From positions 1 through 49,152 of the forward strand of contig NIVC01004351.1 in the NCBI GenBank assembly GCA_002269645.1: 49,152 nucleotides of DNA, in the 5' to 3' direction. A program made the translations under genes and the position numbers. Below are positions 1 through 14,000 of the stretch, in pieces; the stretch's first letter is position 1, and every line of letters starts with the position of its first letter. Below the pieces are notes generated by a model, which made no database searches, was not told where the DNA came from, and saw only the letters and a program-made list of their open reading frames with translations. Origin of the DNA: Macrostomum lignano (taxonomy: Eukaryota).

Positions 1-66
1 AAACAGATGAAGATGCGCTGTAGCGGTGAATTGAATGAAAAACCGATTGGGGACTGAGAATTGAGC

Positions 67-73
<7 letters not shown>

Positions 74-124
<51 letters not shown>
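74..124. repeat. (GA)n microsatellite
   Basis: Pure GA dinucleotide run seen directly. Confidence 0.95.
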
Positions 125-128
<4 letters not shown>

Positions 129-1807
129 AGAGGAGGTGGGTGTTGCATGGTTGATGAGGAAGCCCAGGAAGCTTCCGGTTCACTGGTCACTACTTCTCTG
201 TTCTTCCTAGCGTCCCAGCAACCGCCGCTGTTGTCCCATTTGCGATCCCGACTCACCCAGTGAAAAAGGCCCCGCCCAGCGGCCTTGGGCGCCTCCCCTT
301 CCTTCCTTCCTACTACGTGGCAATACGCGGCGCAATTCCCAAAGTTTAGGCTGACGAAAGAACCAGTGTAGTAGCTATTGTATCCGCATAGCAAGGGCAG
401 ATAGAATGTCTGACGGCAGGATTGTCCACTCGGCCAAACGGTTGTGTGCTCAGAGTCTATATAGAATGCCCTAAATGCCTTGAGCAGGCCTTTCTTTCTA
501 ACCATCTCGTGCAACCGCGCACCACAAAGGCGCACGCAGAATTTTATATAAATAGTAAAATATATTCACAGTGAAGCTATATATCCCAAGTGATTTTTTA
601 TGCACAGCTTACGTCCTCTCTCGGTTGCCAACCCATCGGCCATCATTACCATCCAACTCCCCTGGATGATGGTTTGCGTGAATTTCAACTCTGAGCCATG
701 CAGCTTAAAGCTTGGGTCTCAACTGATGACACTGCAATCGTCTCTAAAGTCCTGCGATAGCGAATAAGCTTAGTTTAGGATGCAGAGCACGACATCTCCG
801 TATATATATATATAGTCAGCCCCCAGCATTGAGCTGTTGCTTATGTATTATGTATCACTGTGAGGAATCCAAGCTTCAATCCTTTCCATTCTAGAAGTTC
901 CCATGGCCTACCTTTTTATTTGCTAAAGTTGGGAACTCACTCTTTTGAACTATTTATTTTTTTCATCGGGGATAGAAGCTGGGAAGGTATCCAGCCGAGA
1001 ATTATCGAGCTAGCTGTCAATCAAAAACTATAGTAAAAGTCCGGCTTAGTGTTGCCAGCAGTCGCGGCGAGATACAACGCATAGGATACTTAAATTCCTC
1101 AAGTATTTCTGCATTCTTGCGACAGCACAGTAATCCCATATCTTTTCTGTTTTTCCACAGTCAGCTTTTGACATTTTAGAACTTTCACACGTTACCCCGT
1201 TGTCCAGCAGGCTGTGAGAAAAAATTGTGAAAGTCAAGTGAAAGCAAGCCTCGCTGATATCGATGAGGAAATTTGCATCGAAATTCCATATGAAGATGAG
1301 TCCATAACTTTCCAAGTCAAAAGTCTAAGTTCCTATTGTACTACTATTAGTAGAAAGGAGAGTGTACATGCAGGACGATTAGAAAGTCAGGCTCGCTGTA
1401 CACTCCGTGTGAGCGGGCAGAATTGCATCAGCGCTCTGCTTTTGAGACGATTTTGTCGAAGGCGTTACGCCGGAATACCCACAGCACTCCTTCAATTATT
1501 GTCAAGAGGTCAATACGACGTAAAGATATGAGAGAACAGTTTTATTGGGCAAATGGTTAAACAACAGTGCAAAGTGCAGTTCAAACCGATTGAAGCTAAA
1601 TATATTACAGAGTTGACACAATATTCGTAGATAGTTTCGGTTTATATAAGACTTTGACTATGTTAGGACTGTTGTAAATAGGAACATTTAACATAGAGCT
1701 TAAAATTTGCAGGGCTGTCAATGGGATGTCAACCGAGGCTTCAAGAATGCAGTCCGAGGTGAAGCTACCGCGACCAATCAAATTCGGGGCGATAGAGCGT
1801 GACGTCC

Positions 1808-4241
1808 TCAGAGCATCTTCAGCTGCCAAGTTCTTATAACTCCGTCGTCATCGTGCGCTGTTCGGCCAGCCGACCTGAAGAAGCGCAGCAGAAACGGATA
1901 GAGTCTCACAGCTCGGAAACCGCGATCCAAAGCGATCAAGGGGTACAGGGTGTCGAATTTGTTCGACACGTCGTTGAAAGCGTTAGATATAAACGCAATA
2001 ACGAAGTTGGCAATGTTGATGCTGACAGCCATGACGAAAATTGTGTGCAGCACACAGACTGACGGCTTATGCGTTAGGTTAGCTACGTTAATCAAGACTT
2101 TTAACGGCGAATAGAGTACATCTCGCGGATTTTTGAACTCTTGGCCGGAGAAATCGGCCAGGTAGAAAATTGAGCCAAGGATCAGGTAGCCCCAGCCAAA
2201 GAGCAACGGCAGCACTAACAGAAATTTGGACAACATCTTGCGAAAGCAGACAGCCAGAAAGGCGAAAGGTTTAGAAACTAACTCGTACGATTCGATCACT
2301 GACAGAATGTCAAAGAAGGCGTAAAGCACCGCAGCGCACTCTGCCACGTTGGCCAGGCCTGACAAGCGCAAATTCTCATTGGTGACACCCAGAACAAAGT
2401 CGGAGCAGTCTAAACTGCCCCTGATTTGTGACGACACAGCGCAGTAGACTAGGCCGAAGCAGAAGCTGAGAAAATAAGCTCCAAGGTAAAAATTTGAGTG
2501 CACCAGAAACTTTTTTCTAGTGGGCATCCATTTCCTAGAAAAGAACTGTCGATCTTTGATAAAATTGTAGAAGATCACCAGCAGTTGGGTGCACAGGCAG
2601 AAGTACATAATGGGCAAGGCAATGTCCATCCTTTCAATAATTTCCCTGCGTCTAACAATCTGGAAAGACAGTGGCGACTGGTATGCCACAATCATATTCT
2701 TCGGATTCTCTTTATCCAGCAGGTAATGGAGCACATTGTCTGCTGAGCAGTTCTTGGGCACCTCCGAAACGAGGGCTTCCGTGCCATTAGCTGTGCTATT
2801 GTTCAATAGTATCGACTTCAGTAGGTTGCCGTATTCGTAAAATCCCGTCTCCAGGTGGTAGCTTGACTGTATGATCGATACTGAAAATGTGGTTGTAAGC
2901 GAGTATGTGCCGATAAGGTTTCCCATGGCTGGTTGGAAACTGCAGAGGAGTGGAATAATGCTGGCCACTTCTTTAGCGAGGGTTTCAGTCCATTTTTTAA
3001 TGACCGGGGACTCTAGGAAAGCTGACCTGGCCAGAGGATCCGCCTGCTCCGTTGTGACCAGAGTCAGCATGAGCATGGGATGCTTGTCCCTTCGCTCTCC
3101 GGTCAACAGATCGTAATCCTGCACGTTGAAGGTGCTGCGAACTCGAACGCCGTGGCTCACCTGCTTGGTGAGAATGTATCCCTCCACGTGTATGATGAGG
3201 TTGAACGTGGAATAAGCTCCAATTAGGATAGAATACTCCAGCGGCCTCAGTCCGTCAGAGTTTTCCATTAGGCAGAGTGACTGAAGCATGTTTGACGTCG
3301 ATCTGCAATGAATAGGATTTGCGACTCAGCTAAAAAGCTCAGTAACGATATGGAGAAGCAAAGAAGCGTTACCATATAAAAGCTGAGTTATTGCGTGGTT
3401 AATTAGTTGATTAAGTCAACGGAGTCACGACCAGGACTTTATAGACATCGTTTCGCAATGTATAACAACGTATGCTAGCTTTATTAATGGCGTGATACAG
3501 GAGCAATAGGGACTAGAATCAATCATTTTTATGAGATCAGTAATCTCCTCGTACAAGCTGCAGACTGCTCAGAAAGTCAGAAAAATATCGTATAGTCCCT
3601 GTCCTTTCCAGGCACAGAGTCCTCAAAAAGATTGTCCATTGCGATAGCTTAACTCACCGCTGCTCCGAACTGGGACTTTCGAGTGTACATGTACTGCTCA
3701 GAATGGAGAACACCCGAGTTTGAAAATCGTCATATTCTCTAGCAAGCCGATAGTCCCCGTCTTTTGTCGAAATTGTCAGCAGCGCCTTTGCTTTAGCCAT
3801 GCAGTGCAACAGGCCGGAGCCAGAGTCGTCCTGCATCATCAGCAGGTTCGGATGCTGAGCCGCTATGAACTTCAACACCTGACTGCTCTGCGTCAGCGTG
3901 CACAGGTGAGCGATTCTACTAAAACTAACTTCATCAGATGATGAAGTTACTAGACTGGAAGAAGATCGGTTCAAGCAGCGAACTGCAAATTGTTGTTCAT
4001 TGCTAACTGACAGGTGACCGCTAAGGTGCTTGCTGCCAAGCCCAGCGTCGTAGAGTACCTCAAGCATTTGGTGTGCATCGTCGGACTTGAGGCAGTCAGT
4101 CAGCAGAGTTGACAGCTGTGGCTCGAACCGGAACTCGGTCTCATAGAAGTGCGGAATCATTGCTATTCTCGCTTTCTGCCTCGCTAGCAGGAGCAGAAAA
4201 TGTTTCCAATTTGCTTCTATTATATTCCCCAACACCCAAGC
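1808..4241 (-). CDS. Divergent TRP/Ion_trans-like multi-pass cation channel, 2 exons (about 4241..3658 and 3302..1808)
   Basis: ORF 3654..4235 ends at a perfect donor CG|GTGAGT (3658/3657). It joins in frame to acceptor CATTGCAG|A (3303/3302), giving ...EQR-STSN-MLQSL... Exon 2 has 5-6 hydrophobic segments, an S4-S5-linker-like KPFAFLAVCFRKMLSKFLLV, a pore-like FKNPRDVLYSPLKVLIN and an S6-like IANFVIAFISNAFNDVS (compare TRP LLNLLIAMMxxTY). Exon 1 has an ankyrin-like QDDSGSGLLHCMAK. The 5' start is uncertain; the first in-frame ATG is MIPHF, near 4160. Confidence 0.6.
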
Positions 4242-5017
4242 CTAACCCCAACTGCTATTGGCTGCATAGTTTGTGGATCTACTAATTATTAACGACGAAA
4301 TCTCGTAATCACAGAGATCCTGAGTCTATTTGTCTACCTGACAGTTGCGCTCTCTATATAGTAAAAAGCTCGTGTTCCCCATTACAAGCAGGCATGCAGT
4401 CAGATGGCTAGCTGAGCCTTGTGCATATGGTTTCCAAAGCAACGCATAGATCAAGTGCAAACAATCGCAGTCGATGAATCGGACTTCTTGCCATAATATG
4501 CGCACTAAGCCAAAGCAAATACAGAAGCTGGTGATCGGGAAAAAGAGTTCATTTCGTTATTTTATTACTTTCATTATCAGTCTCAGCTTACCACTACATG
4601 CGAATAGAAACCCTATAGAACTTAAGAAAATGTAAGAAAAAATTAGCCTAGCGATATGACCGATTAAATGTTGAAATAATGATTTAATATAACAGTTATA
4701 TAATTGTTTAGCTAAAATTTCAACACACATGGACAGTTGAGGCAGAATAAAGCTACAATTCGAATTTCTTAGAAACAAATTCAATTTCTCGAGCTGATTT
4801 CTAAGAAACTCAAGCGCAGCGTTCTTCAACTTCAGCTGTCCATGTGTACACACTACTAAATACGAATTGCAAAACGCACAGCAAAATTACTATAGCTAAT
4901 TTCTAGTCATGCAACTGTACGGAAAAAAAAACTATTGAAACAATTCAGCAAAAGATTTCACCAATGCCAAAACAAAGAACAAGTTGAGGTCTCTAACAAC
5001 GAAGCGTCCACAAACTG

Positions 5018-8000
5018 TTAAATCATCGCTTTCTTCACAGCAGCCCGGCTCGCCTCTGTCGGCCTGTTGATGTACGGGTTGCACTTGGGATCATTGTCCG
5101 GGCACACGCACTCGACGCCCTGATTGGGCGCAGCCAAACAGATGTACTTGCAGTCGCCGTAGCCGCGACTGTCAGCGCAGGGATGCTCGCCGCTGGAGAC
5201 CTGCTGGCCAGAGGCGGGACAGGCGGCGCTGTCCACAGCGACGCCCAACAGCAGGTTCTCCAAGCTGCCAAACGGTCCGCGAACGAACGTTCGATTCAGG
5301 TTGACATTGTGACCGACAATTTTATTCGTTAACCAATTGGTCCAGTAGAAGTCACCGCCTTCGGCGTACGCCATGCCGAACGGTTCGCCCGACCAGGCGA
5401 TGCGGATCGGTCTGGATCGCTCCACGTAGGCGGCGTCGGGCACCGGGCGCCAGAGGCACTGGACGGCTACTTGTGTCGACGAAGAATTACGACGAGCCGC
5501 TGACAAGTTCTGGAGCGAACTGTTCGGCGGTAAATCGGCCATGCTGTAACAGACCTCTTCGTTGCGACTGTCGAACCGTCTGATCACGTCGTTGGGCAGA
5601 GGGCCGCCAGTGCTGACCAGCTTGACGTGATTGGCACCGTTCATGCTGGCCATCATCACCCGCGGATCCGTGCGGTCCCAGTCCGCGTAGTAAATTTTTC
5701 TGCAAGAAATACAGACTCAGATGGCTCAGGAAGATTTCATATTAACTGTGAGTCTGTTATCTTAATAGGTCAGGTCACTCACCCGAGAAACGGATCTACT
5801 GCGATCCCGCGCGGTCTAACAACGCCGTCCTTTGGTCCCCGAAACAGCACCTTCTTATAAGCGACTCCCTGTCTGTAGGCGATCACGCCGATCTCTCCAA
5901 ACCTGGCTCCCCTAGTCGCTTCATCCTTGCTGACATACTGAGCCGTGTAATAGACATTGTCAGTCTGCCAGTCAACCGCCAGGCCTTCTACTTTCTCCAG
6001 GCCTTCGCCGAACGGCACCCAGGTGCTGCTGACGGGCCCGCCTGCGCCAGAATCGGCTGTGCTGGCAGCGTACAATCTGGGATGGCCGTACACTGACCAC
6101 ACCAGCTGCTTTCTGTTGCAATTGTAGTCCATAGCGACCACAGGAGAGCCGGGCCTGGGTGCTCCGGGCCCCGACGCGGCCGCCGAAGCCGACGACATTG
6201 CGATGAACAGTCGACGAACGGTTGACGAATCGCTCTGAGAATCGTCAGCCGGCATCTGGAAGATGGCGTCGCCCTGGGCTACGTAGAGAGTCCGACCGAT
6301 TTGAGCTCGGGTTCGGCACACAGTCGCTCCGGAGCTAGTTAGGACCTCCATCCTGCCAGGTGGACAGCGGCAGACCCTCAGCTGAACCTGCTCCACCCTG
6401 CCGTCGAGTCTTCGATGCTCCACCGTCTCCTGCTCGCAGGTACCGGCGTTCAATCGACAGGTATCGCAGGAGACTGACGCTCTGCAAGAAGTGTCACCTT
6501 GGCCAAAGTAGCCGCTGGCGCAGACGCATCGGTACTTGTTGTCCAACTCGCTGTACTTGCACTCCGAGTTCTGTGGTAAGGACAAAATGATTGACTGCTT
6601 TAGAGTAATTGTCATTGTGTATGATGTAGCTTGTAGAAAAACTCAACCAAAAATGTCTTACCTTAACACATCGATTGTAGAAGTTACAGCCGGGCCCGTC
6701 TCTTTCGCACCTGAGCTTGCCGTCGCCGCTGAAGCCTTCCCGACAGCGGCACTGCCGGCGACCGTCGACCAGAGCGCATTCGGCGTTCGCGTGACAGCCG
6801 GTGGTCTCAGTACAGGCCTCTTGGCGGCGCTGGCACCGGCCCTAAGTTGTCACGGAGGTTTCAGACTGATTTTAGATTCCGCAACAGTCTTAAAGTACTT
6901 TCGTGGGTAAAAATGTGAGCAAATGAACAGAGAAGCCTCGTCAGCTAATTAGTCAGTTTCTATTGTAGATTTTCGACTGTATTGAGACGGTTATCCAGGG
7001 TTATTTGGAGGTTTTTTGATTTTACGTATTACTATAGAATAGTACTAGTAGTTTTAGCTAATCTATAAAACTAAACTTGAACCAAGCTACACCATTTTAA
7101 CCATTTTGTCTTCAATGAACCCCTAGGGCAGGTGTCGGCAAAAATTTTTACTTCAACGATCAGATTGAAGAATCCAGCTCGTGGCTAGGGGCGAGATAAG
7201 AGAGAAGACAAGAGGAGAAAAGAAGGGAGAGACGAGAGAAGGGAGAGGAGAGATGAGAGAGGAGAGAGGGGAGAGGGGGAGAGGGAGAGAGGAGACAGAG
7301 AGAGGGAGAGAGAGAGGAGATAGTGAGAGAGGGAGAGAGGAGAGAGGAGAGAAGAGAGAGGAGAGAGGAGAGAGGGAGAGAGGGGAGAGAGGGGAGAGAG
7401 GGGAGAGAGGGGAGAGAGGGGAGAGGAGACACAAAAATTGAGCGGGACAGGTTACTATTTAAAAGTTTTAAAGGGCCCGAGGGCCGGATTTTCCTGATCC
7501 TTGCCTAGGGCGACACCATAGAAGTTATGAGCCCCAAAAAGAGGTTATGTATATACTAAATGAGTGGAACTCCTCCTTCGGAGGAGGAAGGAGAAGAACT
7601 CCCATCGCACCTTAACTATATACAAGCTATAGCTAAGGTACACAGAATCCCCTTTGACTTTTTTTGCAAAACAATTCCCCAGGCCAATTTTCGCGCATGA
7701 GCATTAAGACCTCACCTGTACCCGTTCCATTCCAGGCGCGCACTCGCAGGTGTACTGGCCAGTGTCCCGATTAAACAAGCAGAGCTCAGTGTCCGGATCG
7801 CACAGCTGCTGCTCAATACAGCTGGCCCTGTCGCACCTGTTGACCCCGTCGCCTGAGTAGCCGCGGCTGCACTGACATCCCGGCCGACTATAATTGCAGA
7901 ACGCCTGAGCGTGGCACTGGCGACACGGATTGTCCAGCACCGTAATATTGACGCTCAGACTGGCGCCGTCCTCTCCAGCAACGCTCGGAAAGCAGTGATA

Positions 8001-11000
8001 CTCTTTGGCGTCTGATTTCACTACGCGACTGAACCGAAGCACCTTGCGATCGTTCAGTACAAACTGCACCAGACGGTCTGTGCCCTCGTCAATCGGCATT
8101 GGCACGCCTTTGATTGCCGTCCAGATCAGATCTTTGGTTCGAACTGGGCCGCGGATAACTCGACAGAACATCTCCATTTCTGTTTGGCCTTCGTATAGAG
8201 TGATCTGGAAGTTGAATAAAATTATTTTTTATTGTTTTGCCATATTGGTAGACACCTTGCCTTACCAACAATCACCAAGGTCACATTGCCTTACCAACAA
8301 TCAACAAGGTCACCTTGCCTTATAAACAATCACCAAGGTCACCTTGCCTTATAAACAATCACCAAGGTCTCCTTGCCTTACAAACAATCACCAAGGTCAC
8401 CTTGCCTTATAAACAATCCCCAAGGTCTCCTTGCCTTATAAACAATCACCAAGGTCACCTTGCCTTACAAACAATCACCAAGGTCACCTTGCCTTATAAA
8501 CAATCACCAAGGTCACCTTGCCTTACAAACAATCACCAAGGTCACCTTGCCTTATAAACAATCACCAAGGTCACCTTGCCTTACAAACAATCACCAAGGT
8601 CACCTTGCCTTACCGACAATCACCAAGGTCACCTTGCCTTACAAACAATCACCAAGGTCACCTTGCCTTACCGACAATCACCAAGGTCACCTTGCCTTAT
8701 AAACAATCACCAAGGTCACCTTGCCTTACCAAAAATCACCAAGGTCACCTTGCCTTATAAACAATCACCAAGGTCACCTTGCCTTACCGACAATCACCAA
8801 GGTCAGCCTTACCAACAATCACCAAGGTCACCTTGCCTTACCAACAACCACCAAGGTCACTTTACCTGAGTCCCGTTGCTGAGCATCAGTAGCGTGTCTT
8901 CTTTGACGCATCCTTGATCCTGCAACAACAGTTTAAAGTACATGTGTATCAGAAAAACAGAAAAAATGTGTGGGCTCTCACTAATATAGTTCTAATAAAC
9001 TATTATTCTTTACATTCTTTTCTTGCTACTTTTCAGTAGGCGATCTCTTATCAAATGCTTCCTATCAAATGAAATGGTGCCCTCTCTCAAATGAAATGGC
9101 GCCCCTCTCTCTCAAATGAAATGGCGCCCCTCTCTCTCAAATGAAATGGCGCCCCTCTCTCAAATGAAATGGCGCCCCTCTCTCTCAAATGAAATGGCGC
9201 CTCTCTCTCAAATGAAATGGCGCCCCCTCTCTCAAATGAAATGGCGCCCCTCTCTCAAATGAAATGGCGCCCCTCTCTCAAATGAAATGACGCCTCTCTC
9301 TCAAATGAAATGGCGCCTCTCTCTCAAATGAAATGGCGCCCCTCTCTCTCAAATGAAATGGCGCCCCTCTCTCAAATGAAATGGCGCCCCTTTCTCAAAT
9401 GAAATGGCGCCTCTCTCTCAAATGAAATGGCGCCCCTCTCTCAAATGAAATGGCGCCCCTCTCTCTCAAATGAAATGGCGCCCCTCTCTCAAATGAAATG
9501 GCGCCCCTCTCTCTCTCAAATGAAATGGCGCCCCTCTCTCTCAAATGAAATGGCGCCGCTCTCTCTCTCAAATAAAATGGCGCCTCTCTCTCTCTCTCAA
9601 ATGAAATGGCGCCTCTCTCTCTCTCAAATGAAGTGGCGCCTCTCTCTCTCTCTCCCAAATGAAGTGGCGCCCCTCTCTCTCAAATGAAATGGCACCCCTC
9701 TCTCTCAAATGGAATGGCGCCTCTCACTCTCTCAAATCGAATGGCGCCTCTCACTGTCTCAAATGGAATGGCGCCTCTCACTCTCTCAAATCGAATGGCG
9801 CCTCTCACTGTCTCAAATGGAATGGCGCCTCTCACTCTCTCAAATCGAATGGCGCCTCTCACTGTCTCAAATGGAATGGCGCCTCTCACTCTCTCAAATC
9901 AATCGAATGGCGCCTCTCACTGTCTCAAATGGAATGGCGCCTCTCTCAAATGGAATGGCGCCCCTCTCTAACATAAATAGCGCCTCTCCTAAACAAATTG
10001 GTGCCTCTCTCTTAAACGAAAACGGCCCCAACAACCAAAGCACACCAGACTTCGCAGCCCATACCTTCGGGTTCTCCGACTTGTAGCCGTACCGGCACCG
10101 ACAAGTTCGCCCACCAGGCCGACTCTCGCACTTGGCGTTGGTGCCGCAGGCCAATGGCGACGAGCCAGTCTGACCCGGCTGGCACTCGTCGCACGCCGAC
10201 TTCCCGTCGCCAACTTTGCCCGGCGGACACTTGCACAGCCGGACACCGGACAGGCGGACGTCTGTCTGGCAGGTGGCGCCGCGCAGGCACATGGAGTCCG
10301 AGTCGCAGTTGGTGCAAGTCAAGGTCAAGGAGGTCGCGTCCTGCCTGTCCACTGTGTAGCCCGGCCGACATTCGCAGACACCAGACATGCAGCCCATTGT
10401 GGCGTTTAGTATTTCCAAATCGTTGGGAAGCACATCCTTGTTGCAGTCCTGTAAATGTTTTGATCACGTTTCGTAGGGGTGGTGGAGCCGTAAGGTGCAC
10501 AAAAAGAGGCACTTTAGTGGCCTATTTCGTGTATGCTTTCGAAATGCAAAAAAGAGGCATGAAAGGTGTACAATCGGTGAAGTGGTCAGGCATTTGGGGA
10601 ATGGTCCGTTTTGATTGGTTGCGGTGGTAGGGGCAGTAAAGGTACGTAAGGTGTACATGATGTACAGCGTAAGCAGGTGCATTTCCAAAACATGCACGAA
10701 ACAGGCCACTAAAATGCCTCTTTTGTGCACCGATCGCTCACCTTTTATGCCTACGCAGCTGCATAACTTTTCTAACGGGAATTAGTAATAAAAATTATAA
10801 CTGAGAGTTGCATAGTGAGTTTTGCATTAGTAAGGAAAAGTTTCGAATCTTTTTAAAGAATAGTGAGGAAAAGTAGCAAAGTTGGAACGCCCCTTGCATT
10901 GCTTCTACGCCTGGAGTGCCCACTGTGCACCTTTTGTTCCCCTTTTGTGCCTCCAATGCACACTGTGCACCTTTAATGCACCCAACTCCCCTATGACACC

Positions 11001-14000
11001 TGTGGCCCTACCGCCTATTTTGTGCCTTAAATTCACCTTTTGACCCTGCAGGGGCACTCAGGTGAATACGCGGTGCACAAGTGGAGCAAAATAGGCAAAA
11101 GAAACACTCGCTTTAATTTTCACCTGCACAGTTCGGCAAGCGATGCTGCACCCGCCCAGCCGGTTAGCAGCGAATCCGGGCTTGCAAACGCACGCGTTGC
11201 TAACGGGGTCGCACTGGGCATTCTCCATGCAGTCGCTCGGCTGGCAAGGCCGGGAGAGGCACCTGCCCGCGGCGATGCTCTTGGGCGGAGGGCAGGTGTC
11301 GCACAGGCGGCTGGCGTTGCAGAATGCGTAGGCACCGGCGTCAGAGCAAGTGGCGTTGTCGGCGCACAGCTCTGGGAGGCAGACTCGACCGTCACCCTTA
11401 AAGCCTTCGTGCGAGTTCGAAGTGGTGTGGCAATATAAATGTACATGTACAGGCGTACCTTAGAGCTTAAATCACAGGTGTATCTTGGAGCTTAAACCCC
11501 AGGTGTATCTTAGAGCTTAAACCCCAGGTGTGTCTTAGAGCTTAAACCCCAGGTGTGTCTTAGAGCTTAAACTCCAGGTGTGTCTTGGAGCTTAAACACC
11601 AGGTGTGTCTTAGAGCTTAAACCCCAGGTGTGTCTTGGAGCTTAAACCCCAGGTGTGTCTTAGAGCTTAAACCCCAGGTGTGTCTTTGAGCTTAAACTCC
11701 AGGTGTGTCTTGGAGCTTAAAAGCTTAAATCCCAGGTGTGTCTTGGAGCTTAAACCCCAGGTGTGTCTTAGAGCTTAAACCCCAGGTGTGTCTTAGAGCT
11801 TAATCCCCAGGTGTGTCTTGGAGCTTAAACCCCAGGTGTGTCTTGGAGCTTAAACCCCAGGTGTGTCTTGGAGCTTAAACCCCAGGTGTGTCTTTGAGCT
11901 TAAACCCCAGGTGTGTCTTAGAGCTTAAACCCCAGGTGTGTCTTGGAGCTTAAACACCAGGTGTGTCTTAGAGCTTAAACCCCAGGTGTGTCTTTGAGCT
12001 TAATCCCCAGGTGTGTCTTGGAGCTTAAAAGCTTAAACCCCAGGTGTGTCTTGGAGCTTAAACCCCAGGTGTGTCTTTGAGCTTAAACCCCAGGTGTGTC
12101 TTTGAGCTTAAACCCCAGTTGTGTCTTGGAGCTTAATCCCCAGGTGTGTCTTAGAGCTTAAACCTCAGGTGTATCTTGGAGCTTAAACCTCAGGTGTATC
12201 TTGGAGCTTAAACCTCAGGTGTGTCTTTGAGCTTAAACCCCAGGTGTCTTGGAGCCTAAACCTCAGGTGTGTCTTGGAGCTTAAACCCCAGGTGTGTCTT
12301 TGAGCTTAAACCCCAGTTGTGTCTTTGAGCTTAAACCAGGCTGGGCCTCACCTTGACGACACACGCAGGTGCTGGGACCGCCGTTGGCTCCCGGCAGGCA
12401 GTTGGCGAATTGACTGCAGCCGGCTTGCTGTCGGCAGGCGGCGTCCGCCTCGCGGATGCACTTGCTGCTGCCGCACTGGCAGCGGTACTCAATGCCGCTG
12501 CGAGTAGCCTGCTGCATGCAGGCGAAGCCGTCCTCAGGACGACAGGCGGCCTGGGGAGCGGCGGGAATGTCAGGAGAGTGCAGGGATGTCAGAAGAATGT
12601 CAGGAGAATGTCAGCGTGGATGTCAGGAGAATGTCAGCAGTGATGTCAGGAGAATGTCAGCAGTGATGTCAGGAGAATGTCAGCAATGATGTCAGGAGAA
12701 TGTCAGCGTGGATGTCAGGAGAATGTCAGCGTGGATGTCAGGAGAATGTCAGCAGTGATGTCAGGAGAATGTCAGCAGTGATGTCAGGAGAATGTCAGCA
12801 GTGACGTCAGGAGAATGTCAACAGTGATGTCAGGAGAATGTCAGCAGTGATGTCAGGAGAATGTCAGCAGTGATGTCAGGAGAATGTCAGCAGTGACGTC
12901 AGGAGAATGTCAACAGTGATGTCAGGAGAATGTCAGCAGTGATGTCAGGAGAATGTCAGCAGTGATGTCAGGAGAATGTCAGCAGTGATGTCAGGAGAGT
13001 GTCAGCAGTGATGTCAGGAGAATGTCAGCAGTGATGTCAGGAGTGATGTCAGGAGTGATGTCAGGATACTGTGTACAGAGCACCGTGCTCACCAACCTGA
13101 GCAAGCCGGCAGTCCCTGTCATCAGCCTGACACACCAGCCCGTCACCAGAGTAGCCAGAGGCGCAGATGCACTTGTTGATCAGGCACTCGGCGTTGACGT
13201 CGCACAAATTCGGGCCGCAGACAGCCCGGCAGGCGCCAGCGCCGGACTCAACGTAGCCAGGAAGGCAGCGACATTGAGCCTGACCAACCGGGCCTTCCAC
13301 GACGCACTGGGAGCCGGGCCCGCAGGTCAGGTCGCGACAGGTTCTTAACCTGGTCACGTTGCCAACCAATCTGGTGAAGTGAAAGCCTTCGGGCATGTCC
13401 AGCTGATTGTAATCCCGTTCAAGTAGCAGTTTACCAACCCTAGTCTCAACTTGACAGCTCGGCGAAAGGTCCCAGGTGTCCGTGAAATCGATTCGGAGCG
13501 TTGGCAACGACTTGGTGAAGTCAATTGGAATCGGTGTTACTGTGAAGTTGGTGGGCGGACGCGACTCCAGAGTGAGCCAGTTGCGCTGCACTCTGGTGAA
13601 CTCGTACTGGGTTGCCCTCTGGTCCTGATTTAAGAGAGCCACTGCGAGGCCGCTTGAAAGCGCATCGCTGATGGAGTCAATCTGCGTGATGGAGCATCAT
13701 GTTGGGAGTTTTCTCTCGCTAACTGACTACTGGCAATCGGCTATGCGAGTAGTGTGAATAAAGTTTTCAATGAAGTTAAGCTAAGTTATTGGGTAATCTG
13801 GATGCCATCTTGACATCGGCCCAGCAACTGAGGATTTGGGAGGCTGGTGGCCCAGCAGCTGAGGATCTGGGAGGCTGGCCTAGCAACTGAGGATCTGGGA
13901 GGCTGGTAGTCCAGCAACTGAGGATGTGGGAGGCTGGCCCAGCAACTAAAGATCTGGGAGGACTCAAACAACACGTTTAACTTAGGTAAAAGTCACACTG

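Noticed and set aside
620-760. Possible reverse transcriptase remnant (AWVSTDDTAIVS resembling xADDTA)
   Set aside because: A single short motif flanked by stops; insufficient.
1172-1531. Plus-strand 105-aa ORF with a faint SOCS/BC-box-like end (LLLRRFCRR...IPTALLQLL)
   Set aside because: No ATG, no in-frame acceptor I could support and weak similarity; it may be a gene remnant but cannot be supported.
4557-4853. 98-aa AT-rich minus-strand ORF between nidogen and the TRP-like gene
   Set aside because: No recognisable domain or splice connection; probably nidogen 3' UTR or intergenic (a minus-strand AATAAA lies near 4560).
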